This document shows positions 14,023 through 25,672 of a DNA stretch of 64,000 bases, piece by piece (the stretch's first letter is position 1; each line of letters begins with the position of its first letter). This DNA comes from Heterodontus francisci. Taxonomy: Eukaryota. A program made the translations under genes and the position numbers. The stretch spans positions 71,492,893 through 71,556,892 of the forward strand of contig NC_090394.1 in assembly GCF_036365525.1 (NCBI RefSeq), in the 5' to 3' direction. The notes under the pieces are model-generated. The model was not told the origin of the DNA. It ran no database searches and saw only the letters and a list, made by a program, of their open reading frames with translations.

Positions 14023-14169
14023 CCACATAATACCATAGATAATACTGGGAGTCCACCTGGCAAACTAAATTGAACCTTACGCACCTAAATGGCTTGGGGT
14101 CATGATGGGATCAGAATGGTAGGCAAAACTCCTTCCCTGACCCAATTCCATTGGTGATCCTGCCCTGAA

Positions 14170-14540
14170 GAGCGTCAAGACAGGGGTAGATCTGAGTGTC
14201 ATCAGCCTGCATGTAAAAGCTGACTCAATATTTCTGGATAAATAGCAAGACATAGCATGTACAAGAGGAGGAGGGAGGGGCCAAGGGTAGATTCCTTGGG
14301 CACTCCAGAGGCAATGGGGGATGGACTGATAGAGGAGTCACTGCTGGTGATGCTGTGGTTAGGATTGGATAGGGAAGAATAGAATCTGGTGAGGGCGGAG
14401 CCAATGAGCTGGACAGGCGAGGAGAGGTGATGGATAAGGATCATGTACTCAACCGTGTCGAAGGCTGCAGAGAGGTCTAGGAGAAATAATGCACCATGGT
14501 CAGTCACAGAGAATTTGATTTGTGACTTTGATTAGGCTAT
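14170..14540 (-). mobile_element. L2 LINE RT fragment
   Basis: LFLLDLSAAFDTV ... GVPKESTLGPSLLLLYM. Further L2-like pieces at about 18500-18640 and 26300-26640. Confidence 0.75.
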
Positions 14541-16429
14541 TTACCCATTTGATTGTAGCCGGGGTATCTCAATTAAAGGCTTCAGTTATCTTTTTTTAAA
14601 TTCTTTCATGGGATGTGGGCGTCACTGGCTAAGCCAGCATTTATTGCCCATCCCTAATTGCCCTCGAGAAAGTAGTGGTGAGCTGTCTTCTTGAACTGCT
14701 GCAGTCCATGTGAGGTAGGTACACCCACAGTGCTGTTAGGAAGGGAGTTCCAGGATTTTGACCCAGCGACAGTGAAGGAATGGCGATATAGTTCCAAGTC
14801 AGGATGGTGTGTGACTTGGAGGGGAACTTGCAGGTGGTGATATTCCCATGCATCTGCTGCTTTTGTCCTTCGAGGTGGTAGATGTCGTGGGTTTGGAAGG
14901 TGCTGCCTAAGGAGCCTTGGTGCGTTGCTGCAGTGCATCTTGTAGACAGTACACACAGCTGCCACTGTGCGTTGGTGGTGAAGGGAGTGAATGTTTGTGG
15001 ATGATGTGCCAATCAAGCGGGCTGCTTTGTCCTGGATGGTGTCGAGCTTCTTGAGTGTTGTTGGAGCTGCACCCATCCAGGCAAGTGGAGAGTATTCCAT
15101 CACACTCCTGACTTGTGCCTTGTAGATGGTGGACAGGCTTTTGGGAGTCAGGAAGTGAGTTACTCGCCACAGGATTCCTAGCCTCTGACCTGCTCTTGTA
15201 GCCGCGGTATATATATGGCTACTCCAGTTCAGTTTCTGGTTAATGGTAGCCCCTAGGATGTTGATAGTGGGGGATTCAGCGATGGTAATACCATTGAATG
15301 TCAAGGGGAGATGGTTAGATTCTCTCATGTTGGAGATAGTCATTGCCCGGCACTTGTGTGGTGCAAATGTTACTTGCCACCTATCAGCCCAAGCCTGGAT
15401 ATTGTCCAGGTCTTGCTGCATTTCTACATGGACTGCTTCAGTATTAGAGGAGTCGCAAATGGTGCTGAACATTGTGCAATCATCAGCGAACATCCCCACT
15501 CCGAACCTTATGATTGAAGGAAGGTCATTGATGAAGCAGCTGAAGATGGTTGGGCCTAGGATACTGCCCTGAGGAACTCCTGCAGTGATGTCCTGGAGCT
15601 CAGATGATTGACCTCCAACAACCACAACCATCTTCCTTTGCGCTAGGTATGACTCTAACCATCAGAGAGTTTTCCCCCTGATTCCCATTGACCTCAGTTT
15701 TGCTAGGGCTCCTTGATGCCATACTCGATCAAATGCTGCCTTGACATCAAGGGCAGTCACTCTCACCTCACCTCTTGAGTTCAGCTCTTTTGTCCATGTT
15801 TGAACCAAGGCTGTAATGAGGTCAGGTGCTGAGTGGCCCTGTCGGAACCCAAACTGGGTATCACTAAGCAGGTTATTGCTAAGCAAGTGTTGCTTGATGG
15901 CACTGTTGATGACACCTTCCATCACTTTGCTGATGATTGAGAGTAGACTGATGGGGCGGTAATTGGCCGGGTTGGACTTGTCCTGCTTTTTGTTTACAGG
16001 ACAGACCTGGGCAATTTTCCATATTACCAGGTAGATGCCAATGTTGTAGCTATACTGGAATAGCTTGGCTAGGGGTGCGGCAAGTTCTGGAGCACAGGTC
16101 TTCAGTACTATTGCCAGAATATTGTCAGGGCCCATAATCTTTGCAGTATCCAGTGCCTTCAGTCATTTCTTATATCACGCGGAGTGAATCGAATTGGCTG
16201 AAGACTGGCATTTGTGATGCTGGGGACTTCAGGAGGAGGCTGAGATGGATCATCAACTCGGCACTTCTGGCTGAAGATTGTTGCAAATGCTTCTGCCTTA
16301 TCTTTTGCACTGATGTGCTGGGCTCCCCCATCGTTGAGGATGGGGATATTTGTGGAGCCATCTCCTCCAGTTAGTTGTTTAATTGTCCACCACCATTCAC
16401 GGCTGGACTGCAGAGCTTAGATCTGATCC

Positions 16430-16541
16430 AATATAAAAACAAGAAATGCTGGAATCACTCAGCAGGTCTGGCAGCATCTGTGGAAAGAGAAGCAGAGTTA
16501 ACGTTTCGGGATAGTGACCCTTCTTCGGAACTCAAATCTGA
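16430..16541 (-). mobile_element. Short Penelope-like terminal repeat insertion carrying a minimal hammerhead motif
   Basis: Flanked by the 13-bp direct repeat TTAGATCTGATCC (16417-16429 and 16542-16554). Minus strand reads GAGTT CCGAAGA A GGG..CCC GAAA CGTT AACTC. Related copies at about 10930-11042, 46985-47068, 55182-55295, 55520-55660 and 58935-59027. Confidence 0.7.
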
Positions 16542-17856
16542 TTAGATCTGATCCGTTGGTTATGGGATCGCTTAGCTCTGTGTATTGCATGCTGCTTATG
16601 CAGTTTGGCATGCAAGTAGTCCTGGGTTGCAGCTTCACCAGGTTGACACCTCATTTTGAGGTATGCCTGGTGCTGCTTCTGGCATGCCCTCCTGCACTCT
16701 TCATTGAACCAGGGTTGGTCTCCTGGCTTGATGGTAATGGTAGAGTGGGGGATATGCCGGGCCATGAGGTTACAGATTGTGGTTGAGTACAATTCTGCTG
16801 CTGCTGATGGCCCACAGCGCCTCATGGATGCCCAGTTTTGCATTGCTAGATCTGTTCGAAATCTATCCCATTTAGCACGGTGATAGTGCCACACAACATG
16901 ACGGACGGTATCCTCAATGTGAAGGCGGGACTTAGTCTCCACAAGGACTGTGCGGTGGTCACTCCTACCAATACAGTCATGGACAGATGCATCTGCGGCA
17001 GGCAGATTGATGAGGACGACGTCAAGTATGTTTTTCCCTCGTGTTGGTTCCCCCACCACCTGCCGCAGACCCAGTCTAGCAGCTATGTCCTTTAGTACTC
17101 GGCCAGCTCGGTCAGTAGTGGTGCTACTGAGCCACTCTTGGTGATGGACATTGAAGTCCCCCACCCAGAGTACATTTTGTGCCCTTGCCACCCTCAGTGC
17201 TTCCTCCAAATGCTGTTCAACATGGAGGAGTACTGAGTCATCAGCTGAGGGAGGGCGGTAGGTGGTAATCAGCAGGAGGTTACCTTGCCCATGTTTGACC
17301 TGATGCCATGAGACTTCATGGGGTCCGCAGTCGATGTTGAGGACTCCAAGGGCAACTCCCTCCCTACTGTAGACCACTGTCCCACCACCTCTGCTTGGTC
17401 TATCCTGCCGATGGGTCAGGACATACCCAGGGATAGTGATTGCAGTGACTGGGACATTGTCTGTAAGGTATGATTCCGTGAGCATGACTATGTCAGGCTG
17501 TTGCTTGACTAGTCTGTGGGACAGCTCTCCGAACTTTGGCACAAGCCCCCAGACGTTAGTAAGGAGGACTTAGCAGGGTCGACAGGGCTGGGTTTGCTGT
17601 TGTTGTTTCTGGTGCCTAGGTCGATGCTGGGTGGTGCATCCGGTTTCATTCCTTGATTCAGGGCTGGAGTTCGGCCAGATGGGTGCCGCCTCACTCCTGT
17701 TAACGCACAGCATGTCCGTGGAGAACCTGGTGCTAAATTATTGTCGACGACCTGATTCTGGCTCAGGGTTTCGTACGTAGCAGAGCAGCAATCTCGTTGC
17801 GATCTATTGAAAGTCATCCCTCGAGCCAAACTTGGGCTCTTGCTTCTGGTTGGAAG

Positions 17857-18119
17857 NNNNNNNNNNNNNNNNNNNNNNNNNNNNNNNNNNNNNNNNNNNN
17901 NNNNNNNNNNNNNNNNNNNNNNNNNNNNNNNNNNNNNNNNNNNNNNNNNNNNNNNNNNNNNNNNNNNNNNNNNNNNNNNNNNNNNNNNNNNNNNNNNNNN
18001 NNNNNNNNNNNNNNNNNNNNNNNNNNNNNNNNNNNNNNNNNNNNNNNNNNNNNNNNNNNNNNNNNNNNNNNNNNNNNNNNNNNNNNNNNNNNNNNNNNNN
18101 NNNNNNNNNNNNNNNNNNN
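17857..18119. other. Assembly gap (263 N)
   Basis: Run of N characters. Confidence 1.
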
Positions 18120-18255
18120 CCCTAAACATAACGATACCCTAGCGCCACAGATCACTGGTTGGCCTGGGATAGATGACTCCAGTCGGTGAGTAGTTATCTC
18201 CAGTGTTTCTCCAAGGACCCATCTTTGGCATTCTCCTCTTCCGGCAACAGAACTA

Positions 18256-18495
18256 GAGGGAAAATGAGAAGTTTCTTCACACTGAGGGTTGTTAAGATTT
18301 GGAATGCGCTACCTGAAAGAGTGGTGTAATTAAATGCTGTAGCAATTAACAAAAAGCAACTGCACATGTACTTGACAGGTTATTTGAAGGATTGTGGGGA
18401 AAAAGGTTGGCATGCAGGACTAAATTGGGCAGCTCTTTCAAAGAGCTGGCACAGGCATGACAGGCCGAATGGCCACCTTCTGTACTGTAAGGTTA
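18256..18495 (+). mobile_element. CR1 3' end fragment
   Basis: tttcttcacactgagggttgttaagatttggaatgcgct ... ggccgaatggccaccttctgtactgtaa tail. Confidence 0.7.
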
Positions 18496-19461
18496 TTTCC
18501 CATACATCCATTGTTTGCTCAGTTGCACCTTATCCAAGATTCTGAGGATTGAGTTTGAGATTCTTGTTCTCATCTTTAAATCCCTCCAAGATCTTATCCT
18601 TCCTTATCTTCACAATCTTCTCCAATTCTCTGTTCCACCAACAACAGGCACAATGCCTAGTGCTCTGCAGCTTCCTCCATGCATGCAACAGCTCCCCCAA
18701 TGCACCTTCTCCACAACCATACTTTTTTCCCCGTTAACATCCCTCTTGTCAATGCCCACACATGACCCACTACCCTGCATGCACAGAACGCTATAGAAGT
18801 GTATATATAGCTTCTTGCTTAGCTATTTAACGTTCATCTACAGCAGTAGTGCTCAAACTCAGGTCCGCAACGCAGGGCTGGCCCATGGATGACCTCCTGG
18901 AGCGCCGTGGCCAAGAGTAAATGAGTGAACAGCGGTCAGAGGTGTGTTCTGCTCCCATCCCCATGCTCTTTCTCTCCCCAGGTTCCTGCTCTCTCCGAGC
19001 TTCTGCTTTCTTCATGCTCTGCGCTTTGCAGGCTCCTATTGTCCCCCTTCCCCCTGGTATTTTCTCCATCTTCTGTTCTCCCTGGGCTCCTACCAAGGAT
19101 AGATAGACTCTGCTCAGAAGCAGGCACCCCATCCAACAGATATTTTCTTGAAAGTATTAGTAAACCAGTCTGTGTCTGCAGCAGTTTCATATTATGAGCA
19201 TTATATAATTTAGATGAGGGTCCATGATTAATAATCCTTTTGAAAAGGGGTCCTTCAATCAAAAAAGATTGAGAAACACTGGTCTACAATAAGTAAACTT
19301 CATGTAACAGAAGGCAAATTAAGGAGACACTTGCTTCACTGTTTCTGACTTACCAACTTTGTCCTAAATTCTTTCGGTGATGATGTGCCATCCTTCCCCT
19401 TGCAAACAGAGTAATTTTCGACTCCCCTTTAACAACTTGACACAGATTTGTGCGTGTGGAT

Positions 19462-20397
19462 TGTTACGACCAGGTGAGAAAGGGGTCTAGGGTTCTCTGT
19501 CTTTGCCTGGTTTAACTGTAATAGGGTTTAATTTTAAAAACTCTGTGTTTTAGCTCCCCCTCAGTGAATCCTTGTTCACTACTTTCCAGTTGCAAGGCAA
19601 AGAAATCAATGAGACAGGTTTTCTTAAATTTGAACAAGAAAGGCAGAAGTTTATTAATCTTAAACTCTAATTCTGTTAACGGCTACGAATATGTGACGTG
19701 ACCACACTAGCATGCATATGTGATAAACACATAAGCAGATAGAGACAGAAATAGGTCGAAAGAATAAAGGGGAAAAGTTTGAGGTAATATCTGGATTGTA
19801 GTTACAGTCCTTTGAGTTTGATGTTGAGTCTTTGGTTGCCAATAAGTCTTGCTGTTTGTTGGGGCCAAGTGCACGCTTCAACTTGTTTCGATGTAAATGT
19901 CTTTTCTCTCGAGGTTTACATGTTTTCAGTGGGTCCAGAGGCTTGTGAGAAAGTGAGAGAGCGCCAGCCAGGAGAGAGGCTGTTTTGTTCCAAGTTCAGC
20001 TGCAAACTGCTGTCTGAATTCAAATTGTCCTGTGTCTAATTCAAAAAGCTTGGATCAACTGGTTATTTATGTGACCAGCTGGCTTAACCACTCCTGCGTT
20101 TGTGGATTCCAAAGCTCTCCGTTGGGGGGGGGGGGGGGGGTGGTGGTGGTTGTAGTGCTGTTTCCCACCCCAAGATGCAGATCACCATTTCCCTGCCCAA
20201 TCTCAACCTCTGTTAACTGAATCAGTGAGCAATTATTTTACCTCTCCAGGCACTGCTTTTTAGTATGCAAATGTCCTTCAGCCAAGTGTCTGGTGATCTC
20301 TTGTAAAACAAGTCATTTCTTCACTCCAGTTCAAAGTTAATATTCATATGACAAAATTAATATGCCTCATTCTTGGCAGGTGGGGATCTCCATGACA
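19462..20397 (-). mobile_element. Solo LTR related to the LTRs of the adjacent Gypsy element
   Basis: TGTTACGACCAGGTGAGAAAG...CATGACA termini. Homologous to 20566-21366 and 24537-25340, with a divergent central part. Confidence 0.85.
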
Positions 20398-20400
20398 ACG

Positions 20401-20414
20401 TATATCTATGTATG

Positions 20415-20446
<32 letters not shown>
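20401..20446. repeat. (TATG)n/(TA)n microsatellite
   Basis: tatatctatgtatgtatgtgtatatata... Confidence 0.9.
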
Positions 20447-20477
20447 GTGTTTCTAGCCTGTGCACATGTCTACAGAA

Positions 20478-23400
20478 AAGAAAAGCTTGCATTTATATAA
20501 CGCCTTTCACAACCTCAGGTCATCCCAAAGCACTGTTGAGTCAATGAACTATTTTTGAAATGTAGTATTATGACCAGGTGAGAAAGAGGCCGAGAGCTCC
20601 CTTTCATTCTTCACCTGGACTTACTGTAACAGGATTTTATTTATAAAAATACTGTGTTAGCAGCTCCCCATTGGTGAATCCTTGTTCACCGCTTTCCAAT
20701 TCTAAGGTGAAGAAAAGAGCACAGACAAGCTTTCTTAGGTTTAAAGAAGATGACATTTTATTAAACTTAAACTATAATTCAATTGATGCCTACGGATACA
20801 CGACACACCCACACTAACATGCATATGCGATACACATATGCAAATAGTAACAGAAAAGAGAACAATTGAAGTGGAAAGGTTTGAATAGTATTTGAAGAGT
20901 TGTTGTCAAGCTCACTGTAGAATCCTTTTGTAGGTAGGTCTTGCTTTTCGTTGGGGCCCAGTACTCTTCTTATACCTTGTTCACTGTAGGAGACTTTTCT
21001 CTCTTGCAGTTCATGTGTCTTCAGTCAGTTTTTGGAGTTCCGTGAGAAAGAGATGGGAGCATCCAGGACAGGCTGTGGTGAATCAGCCAGGAGAGGTCTT
21101 TTCAATTCAGGAACAAAAGCTTTCTGCAGGCTCTCAGTTCAAAACTGTACAACAGCCAGTTAGTCATGTAACTAACTGGTCTGACCACGTCTGTTTGTGG
21201 ATTGAACTGGAGCAGGGAATAGCTGGTCTACAAGTACTGTCTGTTAATATGCAAAAATGTCTTTACAGCCAGGGGCCTGGCAAGCCTTTCTAACAGGCCT
21301 TCTCTTCTTCCCAGCAACAATTTGGAATTTAATGTGCATTCTTGGCAGGTGGGGGCCTGCATGATACCTCCACACCCAGGGGAATAAAATGTGATTTGAA
21401 AAAAAGGCACATTTCATTAAAAGGGTTGAGAGAATATACGATACAGAAAACCATGCATTTCTCTCATTCATTCATAAATCCTAAAGCTTATTAAAACTGT
21501 CTTTTCTGGGTGCCAGTGCTGCTTTAATTTCCTGCTTTTGGCATCCCAGTAACCATGTGGCTCTTTGGGGAAGTTTTTCTTCAGTTTTCCCATTGCCATG
21601 ACTGGCTAGGGTCTTTGTTCCTGTTGTGGTCTTTTTTTTTTTCAGGAGAGTTAGTAGTGGGTGGGTCTGTCCTGAACTCTTTTTCAGTGCTTTGCTGAGT
21701 CACGCAAAGGCTTTTGACTTCAGGGGATGGGTGGTTCCCTTTTTCTCTGACCGTGGGAAGGATTCTTTGTTAATCTCCCCTTTATTCTCTGGGACAGGCC
21801 TGCCTGCAGGTATTTGTGGAGACTCTGCTGCACTCCCCTTTGGCACTGCGACTAGGTGACGCAGCATCCTCATGGTTTCTCTGCCCCCTAGGGGCTTTCT
21901 TTGTCTCTGGAGGTTCCTGCAAATGCTGTCAGCAATTCTGGTGGGGTGCTTCTAGAGTCTGCATTTACATAGGGAGGATGTGGGGTTTAACTTTTCAAAT
22001 TCTTCGTGTTTGCCTGACCAGACAGTAGGGGTTTGCATCTGGGATTCCTCCCAGACTTCCTTTAATGTGCCCTCTTGGTCATTTTTTCCCCCTTCCCTGT
22101 TGCCAGCCGTGCGCCTGCCTGTCCCCTTTTGTTCTCAGCAGGGAGCCCTTACAGTTCACCAGCCCTCTGCAGGAGGGTCCACCTTACACCGGTACAGGAC
22201 TGAGGGGTGCCGATTTTACTGTAGGTTGGGGTTTCCCCTCAATCTGGCACATGTGGAAATTCCTGCAGTACTCCACCACAGCGTTGTGGAATTTTGGCCA
22301 GTCAAACTGCTGTCTTATGTGGGCTTTGGACTTTCATATACTGGCATGTACAACCACAGTAGTCTTGTGGGCCCGTCTTAATATTTCTCTTCGGTACCTC
22401 TGCGACACTACTAACTGGTGAACTACTGTCCACTCCTTGCCCTCCGGTCTGTGAGGAGAACTCCATTTCCTCATCAGTACCTCATTCTTCAAACAGTAGC
22501 AATCAGGGACTCCCTCTGCTTCACTTTCAGACTGGGCAGCCTGTGCTAACTCTCGCAATACTAGGTCAGCTCACTGAGCCCCAGCTAGGGAAAATCGATT
22601 TAATTCATTCCCTGGGTCTCCTAACTTTCCAAAGAAAGTCTCAGACAGATAAGCCTCATGGTCGTCTGCTTGCAGTACCAATGCAGTCTCCTCTGGGGGA
22701 GCTGGTTTGATCATGGCCTGATCCACTACACATTCAGGAAACTGCAGGGGACAGTCTCCTGCCACTGCCATGTGTCTCTGACCTCCTACGGTCTTTCTTT
22801 CGCTACTGGGGGGGCTACCACCTTCACGCCCGCCAGATCATTACCTAGGAGCAGGTCAACCCCGTCCGCAGGCAAACTAGGAACAATCCCTAGTCACCAG
22901 TCCCGAAGCTAGGTTGTACTCCAGGTGCACCCGCAGGTCAGGCCTTTTTCCAGTAAAAGGGATCTAGTGACCTGTGTCCCTGAGAATTACTATGGGCTTG
23001 CTTGCCCCACTCAAGGGGTATGGGTCACTTTCTCTTCAAACATAAAATCCTGATAACCCTCACGAATCTTATTAAATTTTCCTGCACGCAGCCATAAGCT
23101 TCTTGGGTCTCACTCTTACTGCAGTTAAAGCCACAGCTTGCTCTGCTGTGCTTTCCATCAGGTTCTCTTCTTCACTGAGCGGGTGTGCCCTGATTAACCC
23201 TACCGGTGTTCCCTTCAGTTTCCAGCAGTCAGCTTTTAAATGCACTGCTTTATTACAATGGAAGCACAGAAGTCTCTGGGTCTCACTCTTGCTCACAGCA
23301 CCTTTCTTTTTGGCTGGAGGCGGGCCCTGTGTCTCCTGCTTTCCCTTATCCGCCCAGGCAGTCCTGGGAGAGATCACCTCCCCACCCTTTGTCCTTTTTG

Positions 23401-25672
23401 GATTTGTGGGGTGATTAAGAAAGGTTCTCCCCTGGGAAACCAACATAAATTAAAGCAAACTCATCGGCCAGAACGGCTGCTTGCTGGGCTCTCTGAACCC
23501 GCTGCTCCTCTACGTGGGCCTTTCTGGAGAGTGGGAGAGTTTTAAAATTCCTCTAACAGAACTACTTCCCTGAGATTCTCATAGCTGAGCTATACTTTGT
23601 TACTTACAGCAACTGGTCAAAAGCCAGCTCCTTAGCTCTTTCGAACACCAGATAAGTTTGATTAGCTTGCTTCTTGAGGGTTCTAAACTTCTGGCGATAG
23701 GCTTCGGGTATTAATTCATATGCCCGAGGATAGCATTTTTTGTCAGTTCATAATTTGATGAACTTTCATCTGGCAACAGGGAATAAACCTCATGGGTTTT
23801 TCCAGTTAGCTTGCTTTGTAGTAAAAGAGACCAGGTCTCAGCTGGCCATTTTAGCTGCCTTGCCAGTTTCTTAAAAGACACAAAAAATCCCTCCACATCT
23901 TCCTCATTGAATTTTTGAATTAGTTGAGCGAGCTTTAGCAATTTTGAACCCAGCCCTGAATTATGCTCCTCTATATTGGCTATGCTTTCAGCAGGGTTAC
24001 TCTGTCACCCCTTAGTTAACTCAAGCCACCTACTCTTTCTTCCATTCTTTCTAGAATATTCTTTCTCTCTCTCTTGTTCCTTCTCCAGTCTTTCTGTCTC
24101 CTCTTTTTCTTCGGGTTTCTTCTGGAAGGCTCTCTCTTTCTCCTAATTCAATTTTCCTCTGTTCCAATTGTTTCTTTGCTAATAATATCATGTCAGAGTC
24201 TGCTTCTAACCCTGTTTCTGCTTCTTCAGATTCAAAGGAAAAATAGTTGGCCATTAGCCTGAGAAGTTCAGACTTCCTAACCTTGTCACATACAGTGATC
24301 CCACACTGCTCAGCCATTTTCCTCAACTCCTCCATAAACAGTGCTTTTAACTTATCCCAAGTTACTTCACCCTGTCTTGGAGAGCTACTAGCTTCAGTCG
24401 CAGACCTGTTAGTATTCAATCACACACAACCACAGGAAAACCTGTATTAAAATCTTGCTCTTTTGTGATTGGAAGTGGGAAGCCAATTTCTCTCGTTTGT
24501 CTGTGGGTCAATTCCAGACGTGAGTACCCATATTTCTGTTATGACTAGGTGAGAAAGAGGTCTAGGATTCCCTTTCAGTCTTCACCTAGTCTTACTGTAA
24601 CAGGGTTTTATTTTTAAACACACTGTTGTTAGCTCCCCCTTGCTGAATCCTTGTTCACCGCTTTCCAATTATAAGGTGAAGAAACAAGGACAAACAGGCT
24701 TTCTTAGGTTTAAAGAAGAAAGGTGACATTTTATTGAACTTAAACTCTAATTCGGTTGATGCCTATGGATACACAACACACCCACACTAGCATGCATATG
24801 CGATACACATATGCAAATAGAGACAGAAAAAAGGAAAATTAAAGTGGAAAGGTTTGAGGCAATATCTTAAGAGTTGTTGTTATGGTTCTTCAAGCTCACT
24901 GTAGAGTCCTTTTGTAGGTAGCTCTTGCTTTTCGTTGGGGCCCAGTATTCTTCTTATACCTTGTTCACTGTAGGAGACTTTTCTCTCTTGGGGTTCATGT
25001 GTCTTCAGTTGGTTTTTTGGAGTTCCGAGAGAAAGAGATGGGAGCAGACAGGGCAGGCTGTGGCGAATCAGCCAGGAGAGGTCTTTTCAATTCAGGAGCA
25101 AAAGCTTTCTGCTGGCTCTCAGTTCAAAACTGTACATTAGCCAATTAGTCATGTGACTAACTGGTCTGACCACGTTTGTGGATTGAATTGGAGCAGGGAA
25201 TAGCTCCTTTGAATGCAAGCACTGTCTCTTAATATTCAAAAATGTCTTTCCAGCCAGGGGCCAGGCAACCCCTTGTAACAGGCCTTCTCTTCTTCCCAGC
25301 TACAATTTGAAATTTAATATCCATGTGACGAAATTAATGTGGGAAATGGGGCAGTCAATTTGCACACAGCAAGCTCCGACAAACAGCAATGAGATAATGA
25401 CCAGGGAATCTGTTTTAATGATGTCGGTTGAGGGATAAATATTGGCCAAGACACCAGGGAGAACTCCCCTGCTTTTCTTCTAATTAGTGTCGTGGGATCT
25501 TTTACATCCACCCAAGAGGGCAGACAGGGATATTGATTTAACATCTCAGACAAAAGACACTCCCTCCGTACTGCGCTGGGTGTGTTAACTGTATTTTGTG
25601 CTTCAAGTCTCTGGTGTGGGACTCGAACCCATGATTCAGAGGCACGCATGCTACTCACTGAGCCATAGCTGA
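20478..25672 (-). mobile_element. SacSINE1/DeuSINE-like SINE split by the Gypsy insertion (about 20478-20565 and 25337-25672)
   Basis: The tail agaaaagcttgcatttatataacgcc precedes the LTR. The SINE body resumes as aatgtgggaaatgg...gggactcgaaccc...ctactcactgagcc after the other LTR. Confidence 0.78.
20566..25340 (-). mobile_element. Gmr1-like Gypsy LTR retrotransposon, non-autonomous (gag, protease and partial integrase; no RT or RNase H)
   Basis: Paired LTRs at 20566-21366 and 24537-~25340, with a PPT-like gggtgtggagg next to the 3' LTR. Gag: KFNEEDVEGFFVSFKKLARQLKWP..TWSLLLQSKLTGK and zinc knuckle CFHCNKAVHLKADC. Protease: VDLLLGNDLAG. Integrase zinc domain: LVV..RYRREILRRAH.....H...FDWP. 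Confidence 0.88.

Larger units (their letters stand above)
14590..18255 (-). mobile_element. Relatively young, near full-length CR1-group non-LTR retrotransposon (APE endonuclease plus RT) spanning the assembly gap
   Basis: 336-aa APE piece (PDIVMLTESYL, GDFNVHH, SDH), 157-aa and 325-aa RT pieces (NYRPISLL, GVPQGSILGP, MFADD) and an A-rich 3' tail at about 14590-14600. Few disablements. Exact clade not determined. Confidence 0.9.

Noticed and set aside
17509-18189. ORFs containing long X runs
   Set aside because: Artefacts of translating through the N gap.
24509-24530. tRNA-Pro primer-binding site (tgggtactcacgtctggaat versus TGGGGGCTCGTCCGGGAT)
   Set aside because: The position is right but it needs an indel and several mismatches, so the tRNA identity cannot be assigned.
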